This document shows positions 11,114-23,755 of a stretch of 64,000 nt of DNA, piece after piece (position 1 is the stretch's first letter; each line of letters opens with the position of its first letter). The notes beneath the pieces were generated by a model. It saw nothing but the letters and a program-made list of their open reading frames with translations, made no database searches and had not been told where the DNA came from. Source of the stretch: Squalus acanthias (taxonomy: Eukaryota); assembly GCA_030390025.1 (NCBI GenBank), contig CM059431.1:156366001-156430000 (forward strand). The letters run 5' to 3'. A program made the position numbers and the translations under genes.

Positions 11114-14100
11114 ATAAGAACATAGGAAATAGGAGCAGGAGTAGGCCAATCGGCCCCTCGAGCCTGCTCCGCCATTCAATAAGATCATGGCTGATCTGAT
11201 CCTAACCTCAAATCTAACGAACACAAGAAGTAAGAGCAGGAACCGGCCACTCAGACCCTGGGACCGCACCGCCGCCCACAGAGCCTTGACCGATCCGAAC
11301 TGAGCCTCATGTCCAATTTCCTGCCCGCTCCCCGTAACCCCTAATTCTCTTTACTTCTAGGAAACTGACTGTTTCTGTTTTAAACATAATTTAATGATGT
11401 AGCTTCCACAGCTTCCTGGGGCAGCAAATTCCACAGACCTACTACCCTCTGAGTGAAGAAGTTTCTCCTCTTCTCAGTTGTGAAAGAGCAGCCCCTTATT
11501 CTAAGATTATGCCCCCCAGTTCTAGTTTCTCCCATCCTTAGGAACATCCTTACCGCATCCACCCGATTAAGCCCCTTCACAATCTTATATGTTTCAATAA
11601 GATCGCCTCTCATTCTTCTGAACTCCAATGAGTAGTGTCCCAATCTACTCAACCTCTCCTTATATGTCTACCCCCTCATCCCCGGGATTAACCGAGTGAA
11701 CCTTCTTTGTACTGCCTCGAGAGCAAATATGTCTTTTCTTAAGTATGTACACTAAAACTGTATGCAGTATTCCAGGTGCGGTCTCACCTATACCTTATGT
11801 AACTGCAGCAATAGCTCCCTGTTTTTATAATCTATCCCCCTAGCAATAAAAGCCAACATTCCGTTGGCCTTCTTGATCACTTGCTGTACCTGCATACTAA
11901 CTTTTTGATTTTCTTGCACTAGGACCCCCAGATCCCTTTGTACTGCAGTACTTTCCAGTTTCTCGTCATTAAGATAATAACTTGCTCTCTGATTTTTCCT
12001 GCCAAAGTGTATAAGCTCACACTTTCCAATATTGTATTGCATCTGCCAAATCTCCGCCGACTCACCCAGCCTGTCTATATCCCCTTGTAGCTTTATTATG
12101 TCCTCCTAACTTTCTACTTTCCCTCCCATCTTTTTATCCTCTGCAAACTTTGATATGTTAAACACGGACCCCTCCTCCAAATCGTTAATATTGATTGTAA
12201 AGAGTTGGGGACCCAGCACCGACCCCTGCGGAACACCACTGGCAACTGGTTGCCAGTACGAGAATGAACCATTTATCCCAACTCTCTGCTTCCTGTTAGA
12301 TAACCAATCCTCCACCCATGCCAGAATTTTACCCCCAATCCAGTGATTTTTTATCTTGAGCAATAATCTTTTATGTGGCACCTTGTCGAATGCCTTCTGG
12401 ATGTCTAAATACGCTACGTCCACTGGTTCCCCTTTATCCACCCTGTACGTTATTCCTCAAAGAACTCAGGCAAATTTGTCAAACATGACTGCCCCTTCAT
12501 AAAGCCATGCTGACTTTGTCCTATTAAATTATGTTTATCTAAATGTTCCATAATTGTCTACTTAATAATAGACTCCAAAATTTTACCCAGCACAGATGTT
12601 AGGCTAACTGGACTATAATTTCCAGCCTTCTGCCTACTACTCTTTTTAAATAAGGGTGTTATATTAGCAGTTTTCCAATCTGCCGGGACCTTTGCTGAGT
12701 ACAGGGAATTTTGGAAAATTATTACCAAAGCATCCACAATTCCTACTGTCACTTCCCTCAAGACCCTAGGATGTAAGCCATCAGGTCCAGGGGATTTATC
12801 CGCGTTGAGTCCCATTATTTTACAGAGTACCAATTCCTTAGTGATTTTAATCGTATTGAGCTCCACCCCGCTGGAGCCCCTGTTTGTCCAGTGTTGGGAT
12901 ATTCTTAGTGTCCTCTACCGTAAAGACTGAAACAAAATATTTGTTCAGCATTTTTGTCATCTCCATGTTTCCCACCGTTAATTTGCCAGTCTCATCCTCT
13001 AAGGGACCTACGTTTGCCTTAGCCACCCTTTTTCTTTTTATATAACTATAGAAACTCTTGCTATCTGTTTTTATATTTTTTGCTAATTTATTTCCATAAT
13101 CTATCTTCCCTTTCTTAATCAATCCTTTAGTTACTTTTTGCTGTCTTTTGAAGACTTCCCAATCTTCTATCCTCCCACTAAGTTTGGCGACCTTATATGT
13201 CTTTTTTTTTAGTCGGTTACTATCCTTAATTTATTTACTTAGCCACGGATGGCTGTCATTTCTTTTACACCCTTTTTTCCTCAGTGGAATATATATTATT
13301 TGAAAGTTGTAAAATAACTCCTTAAATGAACACCACTGCTCATGTACCATCTTACCCTTTAATCTATTTTCCCAGTCCACTTTAATCAATTCATACCATC
13401 ATAGTCTCCTTTATTCAAGCTCAGTACGCTTGTTTGAGAACCAACCTACTCACCCTTTAATTGGCTATGGAATTCAACCATGTTATGGTCACTCATTCCA
13501 AGGGGATCCCTAACCAGGACATTATTAATTAATCCTGACTCATTAGAGAGTACCAGATCCAAGGTTGCTTGCCCCCTTGTAGGATCAGTTACATACTGCT
13601 CAAGAAATCCATCCCTAATACATTCAATACATTCTTCCTCAAGGCTGCCCTGTACAATTTGATTTGTCCAGTTAATATGATAGTTAAAATTCTGCGTAAT
13701 TATAGCTGTTCCCTTATTACACGCCCCAACTATTTACTGATTAATACTTCTTCCAGCAGAGTTACAACTATTAGGAGGCCTATATAATATTCCCACTAGT
13801 GTTTTTTCCCCCTTATTATTCCTTATCTCCACCCAAACTGTTTCATTATCCTGATCCTTTAACCCAATATCATTTCTCTGTATTACACTGATTCCTTCCT
13901 TTATTAACATCGCCACCCCACCTCCCCTTCCTTCCTGCCTGTCCTTCCTGATTGTTAAATACTCTGGCATATTTAATTCCCAGTCGTTGTCACCCTGCAG
14001 CCATCTTTCTGTAATGGCCACAATATCATACCCATACGTAGCTATTTGTGACGTTAACTCGTCCATTTTGTTATGAATGGTACGTGCATTCAGATAAAGA

Positions 14101-15031
14101 ACTTTCAAATATGTTTTGTGACACTTAGTTCCTGTTTTTTCCTTTTTAAACACTTTACCTTTTACTCCGTACCTTCTGTCCCTTCCTGACGCGCTTTCCT
14201 CTGTCTCCTTGCTCAGGTGCCCAACCCCCTGCCACTTTAGTTTAAACCCTCCCCAACATCAGTAGCAAACACTCCCCCTAGGACAGCGTTCCCGGCCCTG
14301 CCCAGGTGCAGACCGTCCGGTTTTTAACGATCCCACCTCCCCCAGACCCGGTTCCAAAGTCCCAGGAATTTGAATACCTTCCCCTTGCACCATTCCTCTC
14401 GCCATGTATTCATTTGAAATATCCTCCTATTTCTACTCTGACTAGCTCGTGGCACTGTTAGCAATCAAGAATATACTACCTTTGAGGTCCTATTTTTTTA
14501 TTTACCTCCTAACTCCCTATATTCTGCTTTTAGGACCTCATCCCCTTTTTTTTACCAATATCGTTAGTGCCTATGTGCACTACGACAGCTGGCTGTTCGC
14601 CCTCTCCCTCCAAAATGTCGTGTAGCCGCTCCGATACGTCCTTGACCCTTGCACCAGGGAGGCAACACACCATCCTGGAGTCTCGGTTGCGGCCGCAGAA
14701 ACGCCTATCTATTCCCCTTACAATTGAGTCCCCTATCACTATAGCTCTACCACTCTTTTTCCTCCCAGCCTGTGCAGCAGAGCCACCCATGGTGCCAGGA
14801 AGTTGGCTGCAGCTGCCTTCCCCTGATAATTCATCCCCCCCAACAGTATTCAAAGTGGTATATCTGTTTGAGAGGGGGATGTCCACAGGGGACCGCTGCA
14901 CTACCTGCCTGCACCTCTTACTCTGCCTGGTGGCCACCCATTTACTTCCTGCCTGTGCACCTTTTGCCTGCGGTGTGACCAACTCTCTAAACGTGCTATC
15001 CACGAGGTTTTCAGCATCGCGAATGCTCCAC
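11112..15031 (-). mobile_element. CR1 LINE (subfamily A), 5'-truncated in ORF1, inserted in the satellite; ORFs disrupted
   Basis: Minus-strand ORFs show esterase GDSIV/GTND, APE YLNAR...YRPPNS and [16 protein letters not shown]. The (TTCTTATG)-type tail is at ~11112, and the satellite resumes in register at ~15029. Confidence 0.95.
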
Positions 15032-18000
15032 ACTGTCTGATCTCACTGGGCCCATCCTCCCCGTGTTAAACACAGTAAGATCTCACTGGGTCCATCCTCG
15101 CCGGGTTACACACTGTCTGATCTCACTGGGCCCATCCTCGCCGGGTTACACACTGTCTGATCTCACTGGGCCCATCCTCCCCAGGTTACACACTGTCTGA
15201 CCTCACTTGACCCATCCTTCCCGGGTTACACACTGTCTGATTTCACTGGGACCATCCTCCAAGAATTACACATCGTTTTATCTCACTGGGCCCATCCACT
15301 ACTGGTTAAACACTGCCTGATCTCACAGTGCCCATCGTCACCGGGTTACACAGTGTCTGATCTCGCTGGGCCCATCCTCCCGGGGTTACACACTCTCTCA
15401 TTTCATTGGGATATCCTCCAGTGTTTAACACTGCCTGATCTCAATGGACCAGTCCTCCGCTGGAACTCATTGTCTGAACTCACTGGGCCGATCCTCACCG
15501 GGTTACACATTGTCTGATCTCAGTGGGCTCAACCTCTACGGGTTACACACTGTCTGCTCTCACAGTGCACATCGGCCCCGGTTAACACACTGTCTGATCT
15601 CACTGATTCCATCCTCCCTGGGTTACACACTGTCAGATCTCACTGGCTTCATCCTCCCCGGGTTACACAAAGTCTGATTTCACTGGAACCATTCTTTCCT
15701 TGTTAAACACTGTGAGATCTCACTGGACGCATCCTCCCCGGGTTACACGCTGTCTGATCTCATTTGCACATCCTCCCTTTTGGTACACATTTTCTGATCT
15801 CACTGGGCCCATCCTCCCCCGGCTACACACTGTCAGATCTCACTGGGTTCATCCTCCCCGGATTAGCCACTGTCTGACCTCACTGGCACCTTCCTCCCAG
15901 GGTTACACACTGTCTGATCTCACTGGACCAATACTCCCCGGGTTATCCATTGTCTGATCTCACTGTGCCCATCCTCCCCGGGTTACACACAGCCTGATCT
16001 CACTGGGCCCATCCTCCCCGGGTTACACACAGCCTGATCTCACTGGGCCCATCCTCCCCGGGTTACACACAGTCTGATATCATTGTGCCCATCCTCTCCG
16101 GGTTACACAATCTCTGATCTCACTGGACCATTCCCCCCCCTGGAACACATTGTCTGATCTCACTGGGCCGAACCTTCCCGGGTTACAGATTGTCTGATCT
16201 CAGTGGGCCCATCGTCCCCGGGTTACACAATGTCTGGACTGACAGGGCCATTCTCCCCGAGTTAATCACTGTCAGATCTCACTGGGCCCATCCTTTCCAG
16301 GTTACACACTGTCTGATCTCACTGAGCCCATCCGCCACGGATTACACATCGTCTGCTCGCACTGGGCCCATCCTCCTGGGATACTTACTGTCTGCTCTCA
16401 CTGGGCCCATCCTCGCCGGTGTAAACAGTGTAAGATCTCACTTGTTCCATCCTCCCCGAGTAACAAACTGTCTGATCTCACTGGGCCCATCCTCTACGGG
16501 TATAACACTGCATGATTTCACAGTGCACATCGTCACCGGGTTACACACTGTCAGATCTCACTTTCTCCATCCTCCCAGGGTTACTCATAATATAATCTCA
16601 CTGGAAGCATCCTCCCTCGTTACACACTATCTGGTATCACTGCGCCCATCCTTCCTGGTTTACACACCATGTGATCTCACTGGTCCAATCGTCCCTTTGT
16701 TAAACATTGTTTGATTTCACTTCGCCCATGCTCACCGGGTTACTCACTGCCTCATCTCACTGGGCCCATTGTCCTTTGATACACACTGTCTGACCTCACT
16801 GGCACCGTCCTTCCCTGGTTACATACTGTCTGTTCTCACTGGACCCATACAACCCGGGTTAGACACTGTCTGATCTCACTGGGCCCATCCTCCTCAGGTT
16901 ACACAATGTCTGATCTCACTGGTCCGATACTCCCCGGGTTACACACAGACTGATCTCACTGGGCCCACCCTTCCCGGGTTACACACTATCGGATCTCACT
17001 CGGTACATCCTACTCGAGTTAAACAATGTCTAATCTCATTGGACCCATTCCCCCGGGTTATTCACTGTCCGATCTCACTGGGTCCATTCTTCCTTTGTTA
17101 CACATTGCCTGATCTCACTGGGCCCATCCTCCCCGGGTTAAACACTGCCTAATCTCACTGAGCCCATCCTCCCGGGATACAAACTGCATTATCACCCTGG
17201 GCCGCTCCTCACCAGGCTAGCCACTGTCTGCTATCTCTAGACTCATCCTCTAGTATTTACACACTGTCCCATCTCACTGGGCCCATCCTCCCGGATGACA
17301 AAACGTCTGATATCACTGGACCCACCCTCACCGGGTTACACACTGTCTGATCTCACTGGGCCCATCCTCCATTTGTTAATCATTGCCAGTTTTCACTGGG
17401 CCCCATCTCCACGTGTTACACACTGTCTGATTTCACTGGGCCCTTCCTCCTCGAGTTACACACCGTCTGCTCTCACTGGGCCCATCCTTCCCGGTTTACA
17501 CACTGTCTGATCTCAATCGGCCCAACCTCCCTTTGTTATACATTATATGTTTTCACTGGGCCCATCATCCTCGAGTTACACACCGTCTGCTCTCACTGGG
17601 CCCATCCTCCCCGTGTTACACACTGTCTGATCTCACTGGCCCCATCCTCCCCTGATTACACACTGTCAGATCTCACGGGGCCCATCCTCCCCGGGTTACA
17701 CACTTTCGAATTTCACTGTGTCTATCCTCCCCGGGTTACACACTTTCTGATCTCAGTGTCCCCATCCTCCCCGGGTTACACACTGTCTGATCCCACTCGG
17801 CCCATCCTCCCCGGGTTAAAATCTGTCTGATCTCACTGGGTACAGCATCCATGGTTTACACTCTGTCTGATCTCATTGGGACCCTCCTCCCCGGCTTACG
17901 CTCTGTCTGATCTCATTGGGACCCTCCTTCACGGCTTACACTCTGTCTGATCTCACTCAGCCCATTCCCCCCGGGGCATATCCTCCCGGGTTACAGTCTG

Positions 18001-21000
18001 TCTGATCCTACTCGGCCCATCCTCCCGGGTTTACTCTGTCTGATGTAATTGTGCCCAACTTCCCCCGGTTATACACTGCCTCTTCTCACTGGGTCCATCC
18101 TCCCCTGGTTAAACGCTGTCTGATCTCACTGGGCCCATCTTACCGGGGTTACAAACATATTATTCTAATTGGTCCCATCCTTCCGGGGTTACACACTGTC
18201 TGATCTCACTGCGTCCATCGTCCCCGGGTTAAACACTGCCTAATCTCACTGAGCCCATCCTCCCGGGATACAAACTGCATTATCACCCTGGGCCGCTCCT
18301 CACCGGGCTAGCCACTGTCTGCTATCTCTAGACTCATCCTCTAGTATTTACACACTGTCCCATCTCACTGGGCCCATCCTCCCGGATGACAAAACGTCTG
18401 ATATCACTGGACCCACCCTCACCGGGTTACACACTGTCTGATCTCACTGGGCCCATCCTCCATTTGTTAATCATTGCCAGTTTTCACTGGGCCCCATCTC
18501 CACGTGTTACACACTGTCTGATTTCACTGGGCCCTTCCTCCTCGAGTTACACACCGTCTGCTCTCACTGGGCCCATCCTTCCCAGTTTACACACTGTCTG
18601 ATCTCAATCGGCCCAACCTCCCTTTGTTATACATTATATGTTTTCACTGGGCCCATCATCCTCGAGTTACACACCGTCTGCTCTCACTGGGCCCATCCTC
18701 CCCGTGTTACACACCGTCTGATCTCACTGGCCCCATCCTCCCCTGATTACACACTGTCAGATCTCACGGGGCCCATTCTCCCCGGGTTACACACTTTCGA
18801 ATTTCACTGTGTCTATCCTCCCCGGGTTACACACTTTCTGATCTCAGTGTCCCCATCCTCCCCGGGTTACACACTGTCTGATCCCACTCGGCCCATCCTC
18901 CCCGGGTTAAAATCTGTCTGAACTCACTGGGTACAGCATCCATGGTTTACACTCTGTCTGATCTCATTGGGACCCTCCTCCCCGGCTTACGCTCTGTCTG
19001 ATCTCATTGGGACCCTCCTTCACGGCTTACACTCTGTCTGATCTCACTCAGCCCATTCCCCCCGGGGCATATCCTCCCGGGTTACAGTCTGTCTGATCCT
19101 ACTCGGCCCATCCTCCCGGGTTTACTCTGTCTGATGTAATTGTGCCCAACTTCCCCCGGTTATACACTGCCTCTTCTCACTGGGTCCATCCTCCCCTGGT
19201 TAAACGCTGTCTGATCTCACTGGGCCCATCTTACCGGGGTTACAAACATATTATTCTAATTGGTCCCATCCTTCCGGGGTTACACACTGTCTGATCTCAC
19301 TGCGTCCATCGTCCCCGGGTTACAAACTGTCTGATTTCACTGGGCCCATCCTCCACTGGTTAAATAAATTCTGCTCTCTGGTCCCATCCTCCACGGGTTA
19401 CACACAGTCTGAATTCACTGGACCCATCCTTTCTGGGTTACACACTGTCTGAAATCACGGGATCCATCCCGCTCCGGTTACACACTGTCTGATCTCAATG
19501 GACCCACCCTCTACAGGTTACCCGCTGTCTGATGTCACTGGGCCCGTCATCCCCGATTTTCACACTGGCTGATATAAATGTGCCCATCCTCCCCGGTTTA
19601 CACACTGCGTGATCTTACTGGACCAATCCTCCTGAGAAAGCACTGTCTGATGTCACTGGGCCCATCATCCCCGGTTTACAAACTGGCTAATATCAGTGGG
19701 GCCCTCTTTCCCGGGTTAGACACTGCCTGCTCTCACTGGACCCATTCTCTACGGGATACGCACTGTTTGCTCTCACTGGGGCCATCCATACCCGATTATA
19801 CACTGTCTGATCTCACTGGGCACATCCTTCCCGGTTTACACACTGTCAGCTCTCACTGGGTCCACCCTCCCCGGTTTAACTACTGCCTGATCTAACTGCG
19901 CCCATCCTCCCTTTTTATAAAACTTGTCTGTTTTCACTGGGCCGATTCTCCCCGTGTTACACACTGTTAGTTATCACTGGACCCAACCTAACCGTTTTAC
20001 ACACTGTCTGATCTCACTGGGCCCATCCACCCCGGGTTACAGAACGTCTGATCTCACTGAGCCTATCATCCCGGGTTACACACTGTCTGATCTCACTGAG
20101 CCTATCCTCCCGGGTTACACACTGTCTGATCTCACTGAGCCTATCATCCCGGGTTACACACTGTCTGATCTCACTGAACCTATCCTCCCGGGTTACACAC
20201 TGTCTGATCTCACTGAGCCTATCATCCCGGGTTACACACTGTCTGATCTCACTGAACCTATCCTCCCGGGTTACACACTGTCTGATCTCACTGAGCCTAT
20301 CCTCCCGGGTTACACACTGTCTCATCTCACTGAACCTATCCTCCCGGGTTACACAACGTCTGATCTTACTGAGCTCATTCTCCCGGGTTACACACTGTCT
20401 CATCTCACTGAGCTTATCCTCCCGGGTTACACAACGTCTGATCATACTGAGCCCATTCTCCCCGGGTTACAGACTGTCTGATCTTACTGAGCCCATCCTC
20501 CCCGTGTTACAGAACGTCTGATCTCACTGAGCCTATCCTCCCGGGTTACACACTGTCTCATCTCACTGAGACTATCCTCCCGGGTTACACAACGTCTGAT
20601 CTTACTGATCCCATTCTCCCCGGGTTACAGACTGTCTGATCTTACTGAGCCCATCCTCCCCGTGTTACAGAACGTCTGATTTCACTGAGCCTATCCTCCC
20701 GGTTTACACACTGTCTGATCTCACTGAGCCTATCCTCCCATGGTTACACAACGTCTGATCTTACTGAGCCCATCCTCCCCGGGTTACACACTGTCTGATC
20801 TCACTGGGCCCATCCTCCCCGGGTTACACACTGTCTGTTCTCACTGGGCCCATCCGCACTTTGTTATACTTTGTCTGTTTTCTTGGGCCCCATCTCCACG
20901 TGTTACACATTGTCTGATCTCATTGGGTACAGCATCCATGGTTTACACGCTGCCTGATCTCATTGTGCCCATTTTCCATGGATTGCACACTGTCTGATCT

Positions 21001-22358
21001 TACTGGGCCCATCCTACCCAGGCAAAGCACTTTCTGATCTCGCTTGGCCAATCCTCTACGGGTTACTCACTGACTGCTCTCACTGGGCCCATCCTCCACG
21101 GATTACACTCTGTCTGTTCTCACTGGGCACATACTCCCTTTATTACACATTTTCTGATCTCACTGGAACCATCCTCCCCGGATTACACTCTGTCTGTCCT
21201 CACTGGCACCGTCCTTCCCGGGTTACATACAGTCTGGTCTCACTCTGCCCATGCTCCCCGGTTTACACACTGCCTGATCTCACTGGGCTCATCCTCCAGG
21301 GTTGCACACTGTCTGATCTAACTGTGCAAATCCTCCCTGGGTTACACACTGTCTGATCTCACAGTGCCCATCGTCACCGTGTTACAGACTGCCTAATCTC
21401 ACTGGGCCCATCCTACCCAGGCAAGGCACTTTCTGATCTCGCTGGGCCCATCCTCCCCGGGTTAAACACTGTGCGATCTCACTGGAACAAAACTCCCCTG
21501 GAACACATTATCTGATCTCATTGGGCCGATCCTCCGCGGGTTACACACTGTCACATTTCACTGGATCAATCCTTACGGGTTACACACTGTCTCATCTCAC
21601 TGGGCCCTTCCTCCTCGGATTACACATCGTCTGCTCTCACAGGGTCTTTCCTCCACGGATTATACACTCTCTCAGCTCACAGTGACCATCGTCACCGGGT
21701 TACACACTGTCAGATCTCATTGGAACAATCCTCCACGGGTTAAACACTGTCTGCTCTCACATGGGCCCATCCTCCTCGGTTACACACTGTCCGATCTCAG
21801 TGGGCCCATCCTCCACGACTTACAAGCTTTCTGATCTCACTAGGCCCATCCTCCCTGGTTACACACTGCCTGAACTCACTGGGCCCATCCTCCCCGGTTT
21901 ACACAGTGTCTGTTCTCACTCGGCAGATCCTCCATTTGTTACACATTATCTGTTTTCACTGGGCCCATCCTACCCGTGTTACACACTCTCTGATCTCACT
22001 GGGCCCATTCTCCCCGGATTACACATTGTTTGATCTCACTGGGTACAGCATCCATGGTTTACAGTGTGCCTGATCTCATTGTGCCCATCTTCCTTAGGTT
22101 GCACACTGTCTGATCTCACTGCGCCCATACTCTCTGGGTTACACACTGTTTGATCTCAGTGGGACCCTCCTCCCCGGGTTACATTCTGTCTGATCCCACT
22201 CGGCCCATCCTCACCTGGTTACACTCTGTCACATCTCATTGTGCCCAGCTTCCCCGGGTTATACAACGCCTTTTCTCACTGGGTCCATCCTCCCCTGTTT
22301 ACACAATGTCTGATCTCACTGGGTCCATCACCCGCGGAATATACATTGTCTGATCTCA
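15029..22358 (+). repeat. 40-bp satellite, right block (includes a 1091-bp tandem duplication and a 39-bp sub-array)
   Basis: Same unit as 6137-11113. Confidence 0.97.
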
Positions 22359-22512
22359 GCTCCAGGGCTGCCTGTTTTGTTTTGACATTTTCCCTCACTG
22401 TGAATGTCCGGCAGCCTGAGACTTCCGCATTGTCACCCATGTTGACGGAAACGCGCAATGTTCTCTGCAAACTACTGACTAATCCTCCCCACACTCCTTC
22501 CCAGTAGCATGC

Positions 22513-22846
22513 CTTGTATTATTGCCCGATTCAGCCTATTCCGTGGGGTGTATATCCCGGACCATCCCTTATATTATGGCCCGATTCAATCTATCCCCTG
22601 GTGTTTATATCCCGGACCAGCACTTGTATTCTGAGCCGTTTCAGTACATTCCCTGGGGTTTATAACCGGATCATGCACTTTATTAAGACCCGTTTCTGTC
22701 CATTCTCTGGGATGTATATCGCGGCTCATCCCCTGTATTATGGCCCAATTCAGTGCATTCTCTGCCGTTTTAATCCCGGCACATCCCCTGTATTATGAAA
22801 CGCTCAATCCATTCCCTGGGAATTATATCCAGGACCAGCCCCTGTT
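22513..22846 (+). repeat. Diverged 54-55-bp minisatellite, ~6 units (approx. CTTGTATTATGGCCCGATTCAGTCCATTCCCTGGGGTTTATATCCCGGACCATCC)
   Basis: Unit starts at about 22513, 22568, 22623, 22678, 22732, 22787 and 22841. Confidence 0.85.
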
Positions 22847-23439
22847 CCACTTTAAATCACTCCCTGTGCGATATAAACTCTGGGCTGAGCAGCCGCGCTG
22901 TCAGTCCGTCTGCTGAATGGAGCCGAGTTCCCTCAGTCCCTGTAAACCGGGGAACGATCCTGTTTCTTACCTTCACTCACACACCGGCCCGCGCCGCTCG
23001 GCACAAGAGGCAAACTCCGCACACTGGAAATCCCCGGATTCACAGCATCTTGCAAGAGCACAAGGGTTCTCTGTCAGCACTGCGACCGGATGCGCGATAA
23101 ATGCTGCTGTGTTAGTACTGCTCCTGTGTGAGAGCTCAAGGCACATCTGCCAACATCGCACCTGAGCCTGAGTTCGTATTTCACCTCCATGTATAAAAGC
23201 TCCGATATTGCTTCACTCTTCCCATACCTAGATTGACATTCGTCTTATTTCTCAAATGCACTATTCCACTGAAGTATAAACTGATTTAGTGCGAGAACGG
23301 GACACCAGGAATACGCATTAGAGAGGAGATGAGAGGTGCACAGAAGATTGTGAGAAACTAACAACATTGGTATAAAGAGTACTTCAGAAATAGGAGAGAT
23401 CAGTTGGGAACTGTGAGGCAGACTTGGTTGGGTTTAGAG

Positions 23440-23755
23440 TGGATGTGCACCAATGCCCGGAGAGTGGTAGATGAGTTGCAGGCTCAAGTAGTTACATGGA
23501 ATTGTGATATAGTGCCAATAACGGATCGTGGATCAGACAATGTGATGTGGAACGCACTTCCTGAAAGACTGGCGTAAGCAGATTCCATAAGAACTTTCTA
23601 AAGACAACTGGTCCTTTGTTTGAAGAGGACTGATTTGCAGCGTTATGGGGATAAAGCTGGGCTGTGAGTCTCCATTGGACAGCTCTTTCAAAGAGCACGA
23701 CGGGCCGAATGGCTTCCTTCTGCGCTTTAAGATTTTCTAATTTTATGGATTCTAA
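23440..23755 (+). mobile_element. Highly decayed CR1 pieces (start of endonuclease joined to a 3' end)
   Basis: TNAR...CDIVPIT-like segment, then TGTGGAAC...GGGCCGAATGGC tail motif. Confidence 0.6.

Noticed and set aside
14567..15040. Antisense ORFs over CR1 ORF1/ORF2 (also 33887-34252 and 56262-56762)
   Set aside because: Shadow frames of the coding strand, with inconsistent starts and lengths between copies.
805..22353. Numerous 60-185-aa ORFs in the satellites
   Set aside because: Periodic translations of the repeat units, mostly with non-ATG starts.
6137..22358. CRISPR-like array next to reverse transcriptases
   Set aside because: Head-to-tail units with no unique spacers and no cas genes; the RTs are LINE ORF2s in eukaryotic DNA.
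23026..23035. NF-kB-like site GGAAATCCCC
   Set aside because: A single 10-mer with no supported downstream gene.
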